Source of the DNA: Frankiales bacterium
Lineage (GTDB): Bacteria > Actinomycetota > Actinomycetes > Mycobacteriales > SCTD01
DNA length: 64,000 nucleotides
Assembly (NCBI GenBank): GCA_025965475.1
Contig: JAOPWV010000095.1
Coordinates: forward strand, 31,448-95,447
Reading direction: 5' to 3'
Positions 36,026 through 46,102 of this stretch are shown one piece after another (the first letter of the stretch is position 1; each line of letters begins with the position of its first letter). A program made the translations under genes and the position numbers. The notes below the pieces were generated by a model. That model had not been told where the DNA came from and did no database searches. It saw only the letters and a program-made list of their open reading frames with translations.

Positions 36026-36802
36026 GTGACCGAAACGGCAACAACACGTGAGACCGGGGTCGAGGGCGGACTCCGATCGGTGCTCGCGGCGCTCGACCTT
36101 CTCGACTGCTTCACGGACGAGGATGAGCTCGGCGTGACCGAACTGGCCAAGCGCATCGGCGTGGCCAAGAGCACGGCGCACCGGCTCCTGACCACGCTGT
36201 GCGCCCGCGGGCTCGCCTCGCGGAACGAGGAGACCGGCCGCTACCGGCTCGGCATGCACCTCTACGAGCTCGGCCAGCTGGCGGTCGGCCGCAACGACAT
36301 CCGCAATGCGGCGCTGCCGCTGCTGCAGGAGCTGCAGCAGGCCACCGGCGGCACGATCCATCTCGCTGTGCCGGACATCAGCGAGGTCGTCTACCTCGAA
36401 CGGCTGGTCAGCCGCTCGGCGACCGCCCGCTTCTCCCGTGTCTCGCGCCGGCTCCCCTCGCACTGCACGAGCTCGGGCAAGGCGATCGCCGCGTTCATGC
36501 CGGACCTCGCCGCGGCCCGGTCCACGGCCGGCTTCACCTCCCTGACCAGCCGGAGCATCCACACCGCCCGGCAGTTCGCGCTGGCGCTGGCCGAGACCCG
36601 CAAGCGCGGCTTCGCGGTCAGCGTGGACGAGGCCGTCGAGGGTCTGACCTCCGTGGCTGCTCCGGTCAAGGCACACGACGGCTCGGCCAGGGCCGCGATC
36701 TCCGTGGTCGGTCCGACGGCCCGCGTGCTGGCCGACCTCGAGCGTCCGGCCCGGCTCGTCCAGATGGCCGCGCAGAAGCTCTCCCGCGAGCTGTGCCTCT
36801 AG
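36026..36802 (+). CDS. IclR family regulator
   Basis: LGVTELAKRIGVAKSTAHRLL, HCTSSGKA and AAISV. Confidence 0.9.
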   Translation: MTETATTRETGVEGGLRSVLAALDLLDCFTDEDELGVTELAKRIGVAKSTAHRLLTTLCARGLASRNEETGRYRLGMHLYELGQLAVGRNDIRNAALPLLQELQQATGGTIHLAVPDISEVVYLERLVSRSATARFSRVSRRLPSHCTSSGKAIAAFMPDLAAARSTAGFTSLTSRSIHTARQFALALAETRKRGFAVSVDEAVEGLTSVAAPVKAHDGSARAAISVVGPTARVLADLERPARLVQMAAQKLSRELCL

Positions 36803-37629
36803 CGGGAGACCCCGTTCCGGCCGCAGTCCGCCGGCTGGCGGCGGTCCTCATGGCCGCGCACGAGGCGGGGCACCTGCTCGACCCCGGCGCGACCGTCGGC
36901 CCGATCGACCTGCGGACCGCGTACGCCGTGCAGGCCGAGGGGCTGGCCCTCCGGCTGGCGGCGGGGGAACGGCTGGTGGGCTGGAAGATCGGGTACACCT
37001 CGGCCGCCATGCGCGCCCAGATGCGCGTCGACGCCCCCAACTTCGGTCCGCTCACCGACCGGATGCTGCTGGCCGGCGGCGAGCCGGTCAGCACCGCGCT
37101 GACGCAACCCCGGGTCGAGCCCGAGATCCTGCTGATCCTGGGCGACGACCTCCCCGGCGGTTCGGACCGGGACCGTGTGGCGCACGCCGTCGGCGAGGCG
37201 CGCGGCGCCCTGGAGGTGGTCGACTCGGTGTGGCGCGACTACCGGTTCCGGCTGGAGGACAACACGGCGGACGGCTCCTCCGCGGCCCACGCGGTGATCG
37301 GTCCGTTGCTGCCGGCCGGCGTGGACCTCGCCGAGGTCGGGGTGACGCTCATCGGCCCTGACGGGGAACGGTCGGAGGCGACCGGCGCTGCGGCGTTCGG
37401 TCACCCGCTCGACGCCCTCGGCTGGCTGGCCGACGCGCTGGCCGCTCAGGGCAGCCGCCTGCGGGCCGGCGACATCGTTCTCACGGGAGGTCTCACCGCC
37501 GCCGTGCCGCTGCCATCGGGCGCACGGATCCGGGCGGATTTTGCCGGCGCCGGCGAGGTGTCGGTGCGGCGGGAGGCCGCCGTTCCGCCGTCGAGAACGC
37601 CCGCGGACACAGCGGAAACAGGCACCTAG
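36793..37629 (+). CDS. FAH-family 2-keto-4-pentenoate hydratase-like protein (extra paralog)
   Basis: GWKIGYTS, PRVEPE, EVVDS, ADGSS and GHPL..LAD..LRAGDIVLTG. The start is uncertain (36793 or 36850). Confidence 0.8.
   Translation: MPLAGDPVPAAVRRLAAVLMAAHEAGHLLDPGATVGPIDLRTAYAVQAEGLALRLAAGERLVGWKIGYTSAAMRAQMRVDAPNFGPLTDRMLLAGGEPVSTALTQPRVEPEILLILGDDLPGGSDRDRVAHAVGEARGALEVVDSVWRDYRFRLEDNTADGSSAAHAVIGPLLPAGVDLAEVGVTLIGPDGERSEATGAAAFGHPLDALGWLADALAAQGSRLRAGDIVLTGGLTAAVPLPSGARIRADFAGAGEVSVRREAAVPPSRTPADTAETGT
37581..37599. promoter_or_regulatory. IclR-type operator, copy 3, upstream of the lower pathway
   Basis: CGTTCCGCCGTCGAGAACG; its reverse complement CGTTCTCGACGGCGGAACG matches copy 1 at 16 of 19 positions. 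Confidence 0.7.
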
Positions 37630-37655
37630 CGTGCGCAGCAACAAGGGAGGCAGCA

Positions 37656-38450
37656 GTGGATGACGCGACGCGGGTAGAGGTGGCAGCCTCGCTGCTCGAG
37701 GCGTACCGCACCCGACAGCCGATCGAGCCACTGGTCGAGAAGTACGCCGGTCTCGAGCTCGACGACGCCTATGCGATCCAGCAGCACCAGGTGCAGGCCT
37801 GGCTGGGCGAGGGCCGGGTGATCCAGGGTCACAAGGTCGGCCTGACGTCCGGCGCGATGCAGCGCCAGATGGGGGTCGACCAGCCGGACTACGGGGTCCT
37901 GCGCGACGACATGTTCTATCCGGAGGACGCCCCGGTTCCGGCCGGGATCTTCCTCGCGCCCCGGATCGAGCCCGAGATCGCCTTCGTGCTGTCCCGGGAC
38001 CTGACGGGCCCGGGGGTGACGGTCGCGGAGGCCGCTGCCGCCGTGGACTTCGTCCTGCCGGCTCTGGAGATCATCGACAGCCGCATCCGCGACTGGAAGA
38101 TCACCATCCTCGACACGATCGCCGACAACGCCTCCTCCGGCGGCGTGATGCTCGGCAGTACCCCGACCCGGCTGTCGGACGTCGACCTGCGGCTCGCGGG
38201 CTGCAACCTCTACGGCAACGGCGCACTGGTGGCCACCGGCGCCGGCGGTGCCGTGCTCGGCTCGCCCCTCCTGTCGCTGGCCTGGCTGGCCAACACGGTC
38301 GGCCGGCACGGCGTGACACTGCGCGCCGGGCACGTCGTCCTGCCGGGCTCCGTGACACCGGCTCAGCCGGTGCGGCCCGGCGATACCTGGACCGCGCAGT
38401 TCGCGGGCATCGGCAGTGTGACCGCACGTTTCGGACAGGAGACCGCATGA
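37656..38450 (+). CDS. dmpE: 2-keto-4-pentenoate hydratase
   Basis: [22 protein letters not shown] and [16 protein letters not shown]. Confidence 0.88.
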   Translation: MDDATRVEVAASLLEAYRTRQPIEPLVEKYAGLELDDAYAIQQHQVQAWLGEGRVIQGHKVGLTSGAMQRQMGVDQPDYGVLRDDMFYPEDAPVPAGIFLAPRIEPEIAFVLSRDLTGPGVTVAEAAAAVDFVLPALEIIDSRIRDWKITILDTIADNASSGGVMLGSTPTRLSDVDLRLAGCNLYGNGALVATGAGGAVLGSPLLSLAWLANTVGRHGVTLRAGHVVLPGSVTPAQPVRPGDTWTAQFAGIGSVTARFGQETA

Positions 38451-39361
38451 CCAAGGCAGTTGCGACGAAGGCGGTGGCCGCCATCGTCGGCCCCGGCAAC
38501 ATCGGTACGGACCTGCTCGCGAAGCTGCAGCGCTCGGAGAACGTCGAGGTCGCCTACATGGTGGGTGTCGACCCCGAGTCAGACGGCCTGGCCAAGGCGC
38601 GGGCGAAGGGCGTGGAGGCCTCGGCCGGCGGGGTCGACTGGCTGCTCCAGCGCTCGCCGCTGCCGGACCTGGTCTTCGAGGCCACCAGTGCCAAGGCGCA
38701 TCACGCGAACGCGGTCCGCTATGCCGAGGCGGGCATCCAGGCGATCGACCTCACGCCGGCGATGGTCGGTCCGCTGGTCTGCCCGGTGGTCAACCTCACC
38801 GAGCACCTGACCGTGCCCAACGTCAACATGATCACCTGTGGTGGACAGGCCACGATCCCGATCGTGTACGCCGTCTCCTCGGTCGTCCCGGTGCCGTACG
38901 CGGAGATCGTCGCGTCCATCGCGTCCCGCTCCGCCGGGCCAGGAACCCGCGCCAACATCGACGAGTTCACCGAGACGACGTCGCTGGCCATCCAGCAGAT
39001 CGGTGGGGCGGCCCGCGGCAAGGCGGTCATCATCCTCAACCCGGTGGAACCGCCCATGCTCATGCGGGACACGGTCTTCTGCGCGATCCCGGCCGACGCG
39101 GACCGCGACGCGATCACCGAGTCGGTCCACCGGATGGTCGAGCAGGTGCAGGTCTACGTCCCCGGCTACACCCTGCGCGCCGATCCGCAGTTCGACGACC
39201 CCCGCGAGGGCTGGGAGGGCAACGCCCGAGTGGCCGTCTTCCTGGAGGTCCGCGGCAACGGGGACTACCTGCCGCCGTACGCCGGCAACCTCGACATCAT
39301 GACCGCCGCCGCAGCCCGCGTGGGCGAGCTGATGGCCCAGACGAAGGTGGCTTCCGCATGA
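38447..39361 (+). CDS. dmpF: Acetaldehyde dehydrogenase (acylating)
   Basis: [30 protein letters not shown] and AGNLDIMT. Confidence 0.93.
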   Translation: MTKAVATKAVAAIVGPGNIGTDLLAKLQRSENVEVAYMVGVDPESDGLAKARAKGVEASAGGVDWLLQRSPLPDLVFEATSAKAHHANAVRYAEAGIQAIDLTPAMVGPLVCPVVNLTEHLTVPNVNMITCGGQATIPIVYAVSSVVPVPYAEIVASIASRSAGPGTRANIDEFTETTSLAIQQIGGAARGKAVIILNPVEPPMLMRDTVFCAIPADADRDAITESVHRMVEQVQVYVPGYTLRADPQFDDPREGWEGNARVAVFLEVRGNGDYLPPYAGNLDIMTAAAARVGELMAQTKVASA

Positions 39362-40416
39362 GCGCGACTCCCGAGGGCGGAGCCCCCCTGCGCATCACCG
39401 ACTCCACGCTCCGCGACGGCTCGCACGCGATGGCGCACCAGTACACGGAGGAGCAGGTCCGGGCCACCGTGGCGGCGCTCGACGCGGCGGGCGTGCAGGT
39501 CGTCGAGGTCAGCCACGGCGACGGGCTCGGTGGGTCGTCGTTCAACTACGGCTTCTCCCGCACCGACGAGATCACGCTGATCGCCGCGGCGGTCGACGAG
39601 GCCACCCAGGCCAAGATCGCGGTGCTGCTGCTGCCCGGCCTCGGGACCGTCGAGGACCTGCGCCACGCACACGGTGCGGGTGCGTCCGTCGCCCGCATCG
39701 CGACGCACTGCACCGAGGCGGACGTCTCGCTCCAGCACTTCGGCGCTGCCCGCGACCTCGGGATGGAGACGGTCGGGTTCCTCATGCTGTCTCACCGGAT
39801 CGGCCCGGCGGAGCTCGCCGCGCAGGCCCGGATCATGGTCGACGCGGGCGCGCAGTGCGTCTACGTCGTCGACTCGGCCGGGGCGCTCGTCCTCGGCGAC
39901 GCCAAGGAGCGGGTCGCCGCCCTGGTCGCCGAGATCGGTCACGAGGCGCAGGTCGGCTACCACGGCCACCAGAACCTGAGCCTCGGCGTCGCCAACTCGG
40001 TGCTGGCCTACGAGGCCGGCGCCCGGCAGGTCGACGGTGCGCTGTGCGCCCTGGGCGCCGGCGCGGGCAACTCGCCGACCGAGGTGCTGGCGGCGGTCTT
40101 CGACCGGCTCGGCGTCGTCACGGGCGTCGACGCGTCGGCGGCGGCCGCAGCGGCCGAGGACGTCGTACGCCCGTTCATCCCGCGGCTGCCGTTCATGGAC
40201 CGGGCCTCCATCGTCCAGGGCTACGCCGGCGTCTACTCCTCGTTCCTGCTGCACGCCGAACGCGCGTCCGCGCGCTACGGCGTGCCCGCTCACGAGATCC
40301 TGCAGCGCGTCGGCGAGGCCGGCTACGTCGGCGGCCAGGAGGACATGATCATCGACATCGCCCTGCAACTGGCCGCGGAGCGCGACCGCAACCTGACCGG
40401 GGCGGGCACCCGATGA
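39358..40416 (+). CDS. dmpG: 4-hydroxy-2-oxovalerate aldolase
   Basis: [27 protein letters not shown] and GGQEDMI. Confidence 0.93.
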   Translation: MSATPEGGAPLRITDSTLRDGSHAMAHQYTEEQVRATVAALDAAGVQVVEVSHGDGLGGSSFNYGFSRTDEITLIAAAVDEATQAKIAVLLLPGLGTVEDLRHAHGAGASVARIATHCTEADVSLQHFGAARDLGMETVGFLMLSHRIGPAELAAQARIMVDAGAQCVYVVDSAGALVLGDAKERVAALVAEIGHEAQVGYHGHQNLSLGVANSVLAYEAGARQVDGALCALGAGAGNSPTEVLAAVFDRLGVVTGVDASAAAAAAEDVVRPFIPRLPFMDRASIVQGYAGVYSSFLLHAERASARYGVPAHEILQRVGEAGYVGGQEDMIIDIALQLAAERDRNLTGAGTR

Positions 40417-41195
40417 GCGACTGGGACATCGACCGGGCGGCCACCGCGCTGCTCGCGGCAGAGGACAGCCGGACCGATCGGGAGCCGCTCACCGACGAGT
40501 GGCCCGAGATGGACCTGGACACGGCGTACGCCATCCAGGACGAGACGCTGCGCCGCCGGCTGGCTCGCGGCGAGCAGCTCGTCGGCGTCAAGCTCGGCCT
40601 GACCTCGCGGGCCAAGCAGCAGCGTATGGGGATCTCGTCGCCGCTGGTCGCGTGGCTCACCGACGCCATGGTGCTGCCGGCCGGCGCGCCGGTGCCGCAG
40701 GACCTCCTCATCCACCCGCGGGCCGAGCCCGAGATCGTCTTCGTGATGGGGGAGCGGCTGGCCGGCCCCGGCGTGACCGCAGCGACCGCCATGCGCGCGG
40801 TCGCGGGTGTCTGTGGCGGGATCGAGCTGATCGACTCGCGCTACCGCGACTTCCGCTTCACCATGCCGGACGTCGTGGCCGACAACGCCTCGTCCGGTGC
40901 GTTCCTCACCGGACCTGTGACCCTCCGGCCGGAGGGGCTCGACCTCTCCCTGGAGGCCTGCCTGGTGGAAGTCGACGGCCGCATCGTCGACTCGGCCACG
41001 GGCGCCGCAGTGCAGGGCCACCCGGCCGAGGCGCTTGCCCTGGCAGCCAACGCGCTCGCCGGTCGCGGCCTCGCCATCGAGGCCGGCTGGATCGTGCTGA
41101 CGGGTGGGATGACCGACGCCGTGTTCGCCCCGGCGGGCTCGACCATCGGCGTGCACTTCACGTCGCTGGGCTCTCTCGTCCTGAGCGGAGGCTGA
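40413..41195 (+). CDS. dmpH: 4-oxalocrotonate decarboxylase
   Basis: [23 protein letters not shown] and [18 protein letters not shown]. Confidence 0.88.
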   Translation: MSDWDIDRAATALLAAEDSRTDREPLTDEWPEMDLDTAYAIQDETLRRRLARGEQLVGVKLGLTSRAKQQRMGISSPLVAWLTDAMVLPAGAPVPQDLLIHPRAEPEIVFVMGERLAGPGVTAATAMRAVAGVCGGIELIDSRYRDFRFTMPDVVADNASSGAFLTGPVTLRPEGLDLSLEACLVEVDGRIVDSATGAAVQGHPAEALALAANALAGRGLAIEAGWIVLTGGMTDAVFAPAGSTIGVHFTSLGSLVLSGG

Positions 41196-41196
41196 C

Positions 41197-41391
41197 ATGC
41201 CCCTCGTCGAGGTGACCCTCGTGGAGGGCCGCACCCCCGAGCAGCTGCGGTCCCTGATGACGGCGCTGACCAGCGCCGTCGAGACCTCCATCGGCGCGCC
41301 CAAGGACTCCATCCGGGTGATCCTGCGGGAGCTGCCGCCGACGCACTGGGCAGCCGGTGACGTCACCATCGCCGAACGCAGGAAGGGCTGA
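41197..41391 (+). CDS. dmpI: 4-oxalocrotonate tautomerase
   Basis: 64 aa; catalytic Pro1 (MPLVEV..EGRTPEQ). Confidence 0.9.
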   Translation: MPLVEVTLVEGRTPEQLRSLMTALTSAVETSIGAPKDSIRVILRELPPTHWAAGDVTIAERRKG

Positions 41392-41396
41392 GCCCC

Positions 41397-42836
41397 ATGG
41401 ACTTCATTCCGCACGTCATCGACGGCCTGGAGACCGAGTCGGCGGGCGGTGGCCGCTTCGCGTCGGTCGACCCGTGGACGCGCAAGGAGTGGGCCGAGGT
41501 CGCCCTCGGCGGCAAGGACGACGCCGACCGGGCGATCACCGCCGCCCGCCGGGCCTTCGACGAGGGCCCGTGGCCGCGGATGGGGTACGCCGAGCGTGGC
41601 GCGATCCTGCACCGGCTCGCGGACCTGATCGACGAGCGCGGCGACGAGCTCGCGATGGCCGACACCGTGGACATGGGCAAGCCGTTCGCGGATACCCGGG
41701 GTCACGACGTACCGCGCTCGGCGCTGAACTTCCGGTTCTTCGCCGACCACGCCAAGCTGGCCGCCGGTGAGGCGCTGCCGATGGACTCCGGGCACCACGC
41801 GTACACCCGCTTCGAGCCGACCGGTGTCGTGGCGGCGATCGCGCCGTGGAACTTCCCGCTGATGATGGAGACCTGGAAGGTCGCCCCGGCGCTGGCCTGG
41901 GGCAACACCGTGGTGCTCAAGCCGGCTGAGGACACGCCGTACTCCGCGACCATCCTCGCCCGCCTCGCCCTCGAGGCGGGGATGCCGCCCGGCGTCCTGA
42001 ACGTCGTACACGGATTCGGGCCGGACTCGGCCGGCCAGGCACTGACCGAGGACCCCCGCGTCGACCGCATCACGTTCACCGGGGAGTCCGGGACCGGCCG
42101 CATCATCTCGCGCGCGGCCGCGGCCAACCTCACCCCGGTGAGCCTCGAGCTCGGCGGCAAGGGGGCCAACCTGGTCTTCGCCGACGCCGACCTCCAGGTC
42201 GCCGTCGACTGGTCGATCAAGGCGATCTTCTCCAACGCCGGCCAGGTCTGCCTCGCAGGCAGTCGCCTGTACGTGCAGCGCGAGGTGTACGACGAGTTCC
42301 TGCGCCGGTTCACCGCCGCCGCGGACGCGCTGGTGATGGGCGATCCGAAGGTGGCCGGGACGCAGGTCGGGCCGCTGGCCTCGGAGGAGCACTACAAGAA
42401 GGTGCGCTCGTTCGTCGAGGGCATCGGGGCCGACGGGGGCACGATCCACACCGGCGGGCTCGGCGAGGGCTGGTCGGTACGCCCGACCATCGTCACCGGG
42501 GCTCCCGCGGACGCGCGGGTCTGCCGCGAGGAGATCTTCGGCCCGGTGGTGGTCGTGCACCCCTTCGACACCGAGGCGGAGGCGGTCGCGGCCGCGAACG
42601 ACACCCCGTACGGCCTCAACGCGATGCTGTTCACCGAGAACCTGTCACGCGCCCACCGCGTAGCGGCCGCCCTCAAGGCGGGCACGGTCTGGGCCAACTG
42701 CTTCTTCATCCGGGACCTGCGCGCGCCGTTCGGCGGCGTCGGCGACTCGGGCGTCGGACGTGAGGGCGGGACCTTCAGCCGCGAGTTCTTCACCGAGCCG
42801 AAGGCGGTCGTGATGGCGATCGCCCGGGAGGGTTGA
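41397..42836 (+). CDS. dmpC: 2-hydroxymuconic semialdehyde dehydrogenase
   Basis: PWNFPLMMETWKVAPALA, FTGES, ELGGK, GQVCLAGS, EIFGP and RDLRAPFGG. Confidence 0.9.
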   Translation: MDFIPHVIDGLETESAGGGRFASVDPWTRKEWAEVALGGKDDADRAITAARRAFDEGPWPRMGYAERGAILHRLADLIDERGDELAMADTVDMGKPFADTRGHDVPRSALNFRFFADHAKLAAGEALPMDSGHHAYTRFEPTGVVAAIAPWNFPLMMETWKVAPALAWGNTVVLKPAEDTPYSATILARLALEAGMPPGVLNVVHGFGPDSAGQALTEDPRVDRITFTGESGTGRIISRAAAANLTPVSLELGGKGANLVFADADLQVAVDWSIKAIFSNAGQVCLAGSRLYVQREVYDEFLRRFTAAADALVMGDPKVAGTQVGPLASEEHYKKVRSFVEGIGADGGTIHTGGLGEGWSVRPTIVTGAPADARVCREEIFGPVVVVHPFDTEAEAVAAANDTPYGLNAMLFTENLSRAHRVAAALKAGTVWANCFFIRDLRAPFGGVGDSGVGREGGTFSREFFTEPKAVVMAIAREG

Positions 42837-43061
42837 TCCCCCTCCCTTCAAGGGAATCCGGCCCGTCGGCCGACGCGGCGACCCCGCGTAGGCCGGCCGG
42901 CGGGAAGATACGCGCAGGCCATGCCTTCCGCGTCACGCCCGGATGCGGCATAGTCGGTCGCGGTTGAGTACACAGCCATCCCCGGGGCGGCGTCTCGGGC
43001 GACGCTGGTGCTCATGGCGCGCGGACGCCTTCCTGTCACCAGGTGACGCAGGGAGACCGAC

Positions 43062-43703
43062 GTGAGTGATCGCAACATCCCGTCGACGACGTGGGACCCG
43101 CCTGCCAGCTGGGAACGGCGCAGCGACCTCGAGTTGCTGGCCGATCAGTTGCAGGCGATCGAGGCATGGCACGTGGCGCGGCGGGCTGCCGAACAGGCGA
43201 CGGAGAGTCGCACGCTGACCCGCGAGATGCGCCTGGACGTCTCCCGCCGGATGGAGGCCCGCCGCCGGGAGCAGCAGGCGCTCCTGGACTGCGCCGCCGC
43301 GCAGTTGCTCGAGGGACGTCAGAGACTCGGCGGCCCGCGACCCCGGGCGGTTCTCATCCATCGCAACGCCTGGTTCTGCGAGCGCGTCACGAGCCGGCTG
43401 ATCGAGCTCGGGGTCGAGGTGATCGCCCACCGCGACAACGGCGCCGACGGCATCGGGGTCGCGGTCGTCGAGCAACCCGACCTGCTGCTCGTCGAGGACG
43501 CCCTGCCGACCGTGCCGGGCCTCGAGGTCGTCCGCAGGGTGCACCGCCTTGCGCCGCACACGGTGGTCGGTGCGCATGTCGCGTATGCCGACGGTGTGAC
43601 CGCGATGCTCGAGGCCGGCGCGACAGCGGCCTGGACCCGGCAGGTCCCACCGGCCGATGTGGCCCATGGCCTGGTCCACGCGTCCGTGCGCTCAGGCGTG
43701 TGA
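43062..43703 (+). CDS. Atypical response-regulator-like protein (helical N-terminus plus pseudo-receiver)
   Basis: C-half is REC-like (NGADGI..EQPDLLLVED..GLEVVRRV..AMLEAGA); the acidic pair and the Lys are not evident. Confidence 0.7.
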   Translation: MSDRNIPSTTWDPPASWERRSDLELLADQLQAIEAWHVARRAAEQATESRTLTREMRLDVSRRMEARRREQQALLDCAAAQLLEGRQRLGGPRPRAVLIHRNAWFCERVTSRLIELGVEVIAHRDNGADGIGVAVVEQPDLLLVEDALPTVPGLEVVRRVHRLAPHTVVGAHVAYADGVTAMLEAGATAAWTRQVPPADVAHGLVHASVRSGV

Positions 43704-43712
43704 ACCCTCCGG

Positions 43713-44939
43713 TCAGCTGCTCGACTGCAGCCTGACCTGGGCGGTGGCGCTGGCTCCGCCTCGGGTGTACGTCACGGCGACCGTCGAACCCGGGTTGTTG
43801 CTGCGCACCGCCACGATGAGGCTGTCGGCGTCGGTCACGACCCGGTCACCGACGTTGGTGATGACGTCGCCGGCCTGCAGACCCGCGGCGGCCGCGGGAC
43901 CGCCGCTGCTGACCTGCCGGACCAGCGCACCGACACCGGGCGCCCCCGTCGTTCCACCGGCAGCGTCGGTGGCGCTGATCCCGATCTGCGGGTGGGTGGC
44001 GTGTCCGGTCGCGATGAGCTGGTTGGCCACCTTGACCGCGTCGTTGGACGGGATGGCGAAGCCGACGCCGATGCTGCCGCTCTGCCCGGAGGAGCTGCTG
44101 CCCACGGTGGCGATCGCGCTCGGCACACCCACCACCCGGCCGCTGAGGTCGACGAGCGCGCCGCCGGAGTTCCCGGGGTTCACCGCGGCGTCGGTCTGCA
44201 GCGCGTCGATGACGGACTGTGCCGACGCGCCGGCCTCGCCGGTCCGGACCGGCCGGTGCAGCGTCGACACGATGCCCTCGGTGACGGTGTTGGACAGGCC
44301 GAGCGGTGCGCCCACGGCGAGCACCGCCTGACCGACCCGCACCTGGTCGGAGTTGGCGAAGGTCGCCGGGGTGAGGCCGCCCACGCCGCTCACCTTGAGG
44401 ACGGCGAGGTCACTGGTCGCGTCGGTGCCGACGATGCTCGCGCCGTACGTCTTGCCGTTGCTCAACGTGACCGAGACCGAACCGCCGCCCGCCGCGGCCG
44501 AGACCACGTGGTTGTTCGTGAGGATGTAGCCGTCGCTGCGGAGCACGACCCCCGAGCCGGTGTCGGAGGTGGTGGCACTGCTTCCGCCGAAGCCCTGGGA
44601 CGTCGCCGCGCCGGTCACCTCGACCGTGACCACGCTCGCACCGATCGTGGTGGCGGCCTGCTCGACCGATCCGGTCGGCAGGCTGGCGGACTGCGCCATG
44701 CTGCCACTGATCGTGATCGGGCCGGAGGCCGTCGTACTTCCGCCGTGGACGAGGGTCGCGCCGGTCGCACCGCCGACGAGGGCGGAGGCGAGCGCGATGC
44801 CGGCCACGCCGAGCAGCATGCCGCGGCCGCGTGGGCGGGCCGGGGGCGGAGGGGCCGGCGCGGTGGCGGCGGGCGGAGGCTGCGGCATCCACCAGGTCGT
44901 GCTCGGCGGGGACTGGGTGAGGGAGGCGTCGTTGTCCAT
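43713..44939 (-). CDS. htrA: HtrA/DegP-family serine protease with PDZ domain
   Basis: One TM segment; TNNHV, DLAV, QTDAAVNPGNSGG and a C-terminal PDZ (AAAAGLQAGDVI). Confidence 0.92.
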   Translation of the reverse strand: MDNDASLTQSPPSTTWWMPQPPPAATAPAPPPPARPRGRGMLLGVAGIALASALVGGATGATLVHGGSTTASGPITISGSMAQSASLPTGSVEQAATTIGASVVTVEVTGAATSQGFGGSSATTSDTGSGVVLRSDGYILTNNHVVSAAAGGGSVSVTLSNGKTYGASIVGTDATSDLAVLKVSGVGGLTPATFANSDQVRVGQAVLAVGAPLGLSNTVTEGIVSTLHRPVRTGEAGASAQSVIDALQTDAAVNPGNSGGALVDLSGRVVGVPSAIATVGSSSSGQSGSIGVGFAIPSNDAVKVANQLIATGHATHPQIGISATDAAGGTTGAPGVGALVRQVSSGGPAAAAGLQAGDVITNVGDRVVTDADSLIVAVRSNNPGSTVAVTYTRGGASATAQVRLQSSS

Positions 44940-44994
44940 GACAGGACCTTGCGCTCCCAGCCTGGACGCCGCCTGTGAGCGAGCTGCGGGGTGT

Positions 44995-46044
44995 CTAGGG
45001 GAGCGGGGCCCGGGGACTCGGGGTGCGGTCGCGGCCGAGCCACCAGGCGACGCCGGCGACGGAGATCGCGGCGTACAGCCAGCCGACGAGCACGTCCGTC
45101 ACGTAGTGCTCGCCGCTGTACACCAGGGTGAGCAGCATCGCGAGGACGTAGAGCCCCAGCAGTGCCCGGGTGACTGGCCGGACCACTGGCCAGGCGAACA
45201 GCAGCAGCATCATCGGCACCGCACCGTGCAGGGACGGCATCGCCGCCACGGCGTTGGCGTACGCCTCCCCGCGCTCGACGGCGGAGTGGATCGTCCCGAC
45301 CCCGGTCGCCTCCAGGGTGTTGGTCACGATCCGGTCGATGCCTGCGGGCAGGTAGCCGTTGAGGCTGGCCATCCACGGCGGCGCCGCGGGGAACGCGGCG
45401 TACGTCACGAGGGTGATGAAGGTGAGCGTGACGAGGGTCCAGACGTACCGCCGGAACAGCGTGTAGGACCTGGCCCAGAGGAGGACGGCCAAGGCCATCG
45501 ACACGATGAAGTGCGACATGTAGACCGGTACGGCGACGATGTCGTACCAGTGCACGTGGGCCGGGTCGTAGAACTGGTGCTGCAACCAGACGGTCGGCAC
45601 CTGGCCGCCGAACATCAGCTTGTCGCCGTCCAGCTGGGGGAGCACGTGGGCGTGGTCGATCCCCATCTCGCCGGGCCGCCCGTTGTGGAGCGCGGGCAGG
45701 TTGGCGAGCTTGCCGCCGAGCTTGTCGGCCACGCCGCGCAGGAAGTCGTAGAGGAACAGCACCGCGATGAGCGGCAGCCAGTCCCTGACCACGACGCGGG
45801 CCCAGACGCGGCCCTCGCCGGCGAGGGCGGCCCACAGGAACGCCAGCACCCAGCCGCAGATGACCTCGCGGCCCGTCGGGAAGCCGAACACCGCGGAGAC
45901 CACGACGAACAGCACCGACACCACGAGCAGGAGCCGCCGGCGCCGGGCGCGCTGTTCAGGGCCGGCGCTGCGCCAGGGTGATTCGGCGGGCAGGGGCGGG
46001 GGAGACGCCTCACCAGGGGTGTGCGTCGCGACCGTGTCCGTCAA
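44995..46044 (-). CDS. PAP2/AUR1-like membrane phosphoesterase/phosphotransferase
   Basis: FPAAPPW, AAMPSLH and GEHYVTDV; GAGGAGG RBS before the TTG start. Confidence 0.85.
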   Translation of the reverse strand: MTDTVATHTPGEASPPPLPAESPWRSAGPEQRARRRRLLLVVSVLFVVVSAVFGFPTGREVICGWVLAFLWAALAGEGRVWARVVVRDWLPLIAVLFLYDFLRGVADKLGGKLANLPALHNGRPGEMGIDHAHVLPQLDGDKLMFGGQVPTVWLQHQFYDPAHVHWYDIVAVPVYMSHFIVSMALAVLLWARSYTLFRRYVWTLVTLTFITLVTYAAFPAAPPWMASLNGYLPAGIDRIVTNTLEATGVGTIHSAVERGEAYANAVAAMPSLHGAVPMMLLLFAWPVVRPVTRALLGLYVLAMLLTLVYSGEHYVTDVLVGWLYAAISVAGVAWWLGRDRTPSPRAPLP

Positions 46045-46102
46045 AACCGTCCTCCTCGGACGACAGCCTACGGGGGGTGGCCCTGGCGGTAGGATGGACG
46101 CC

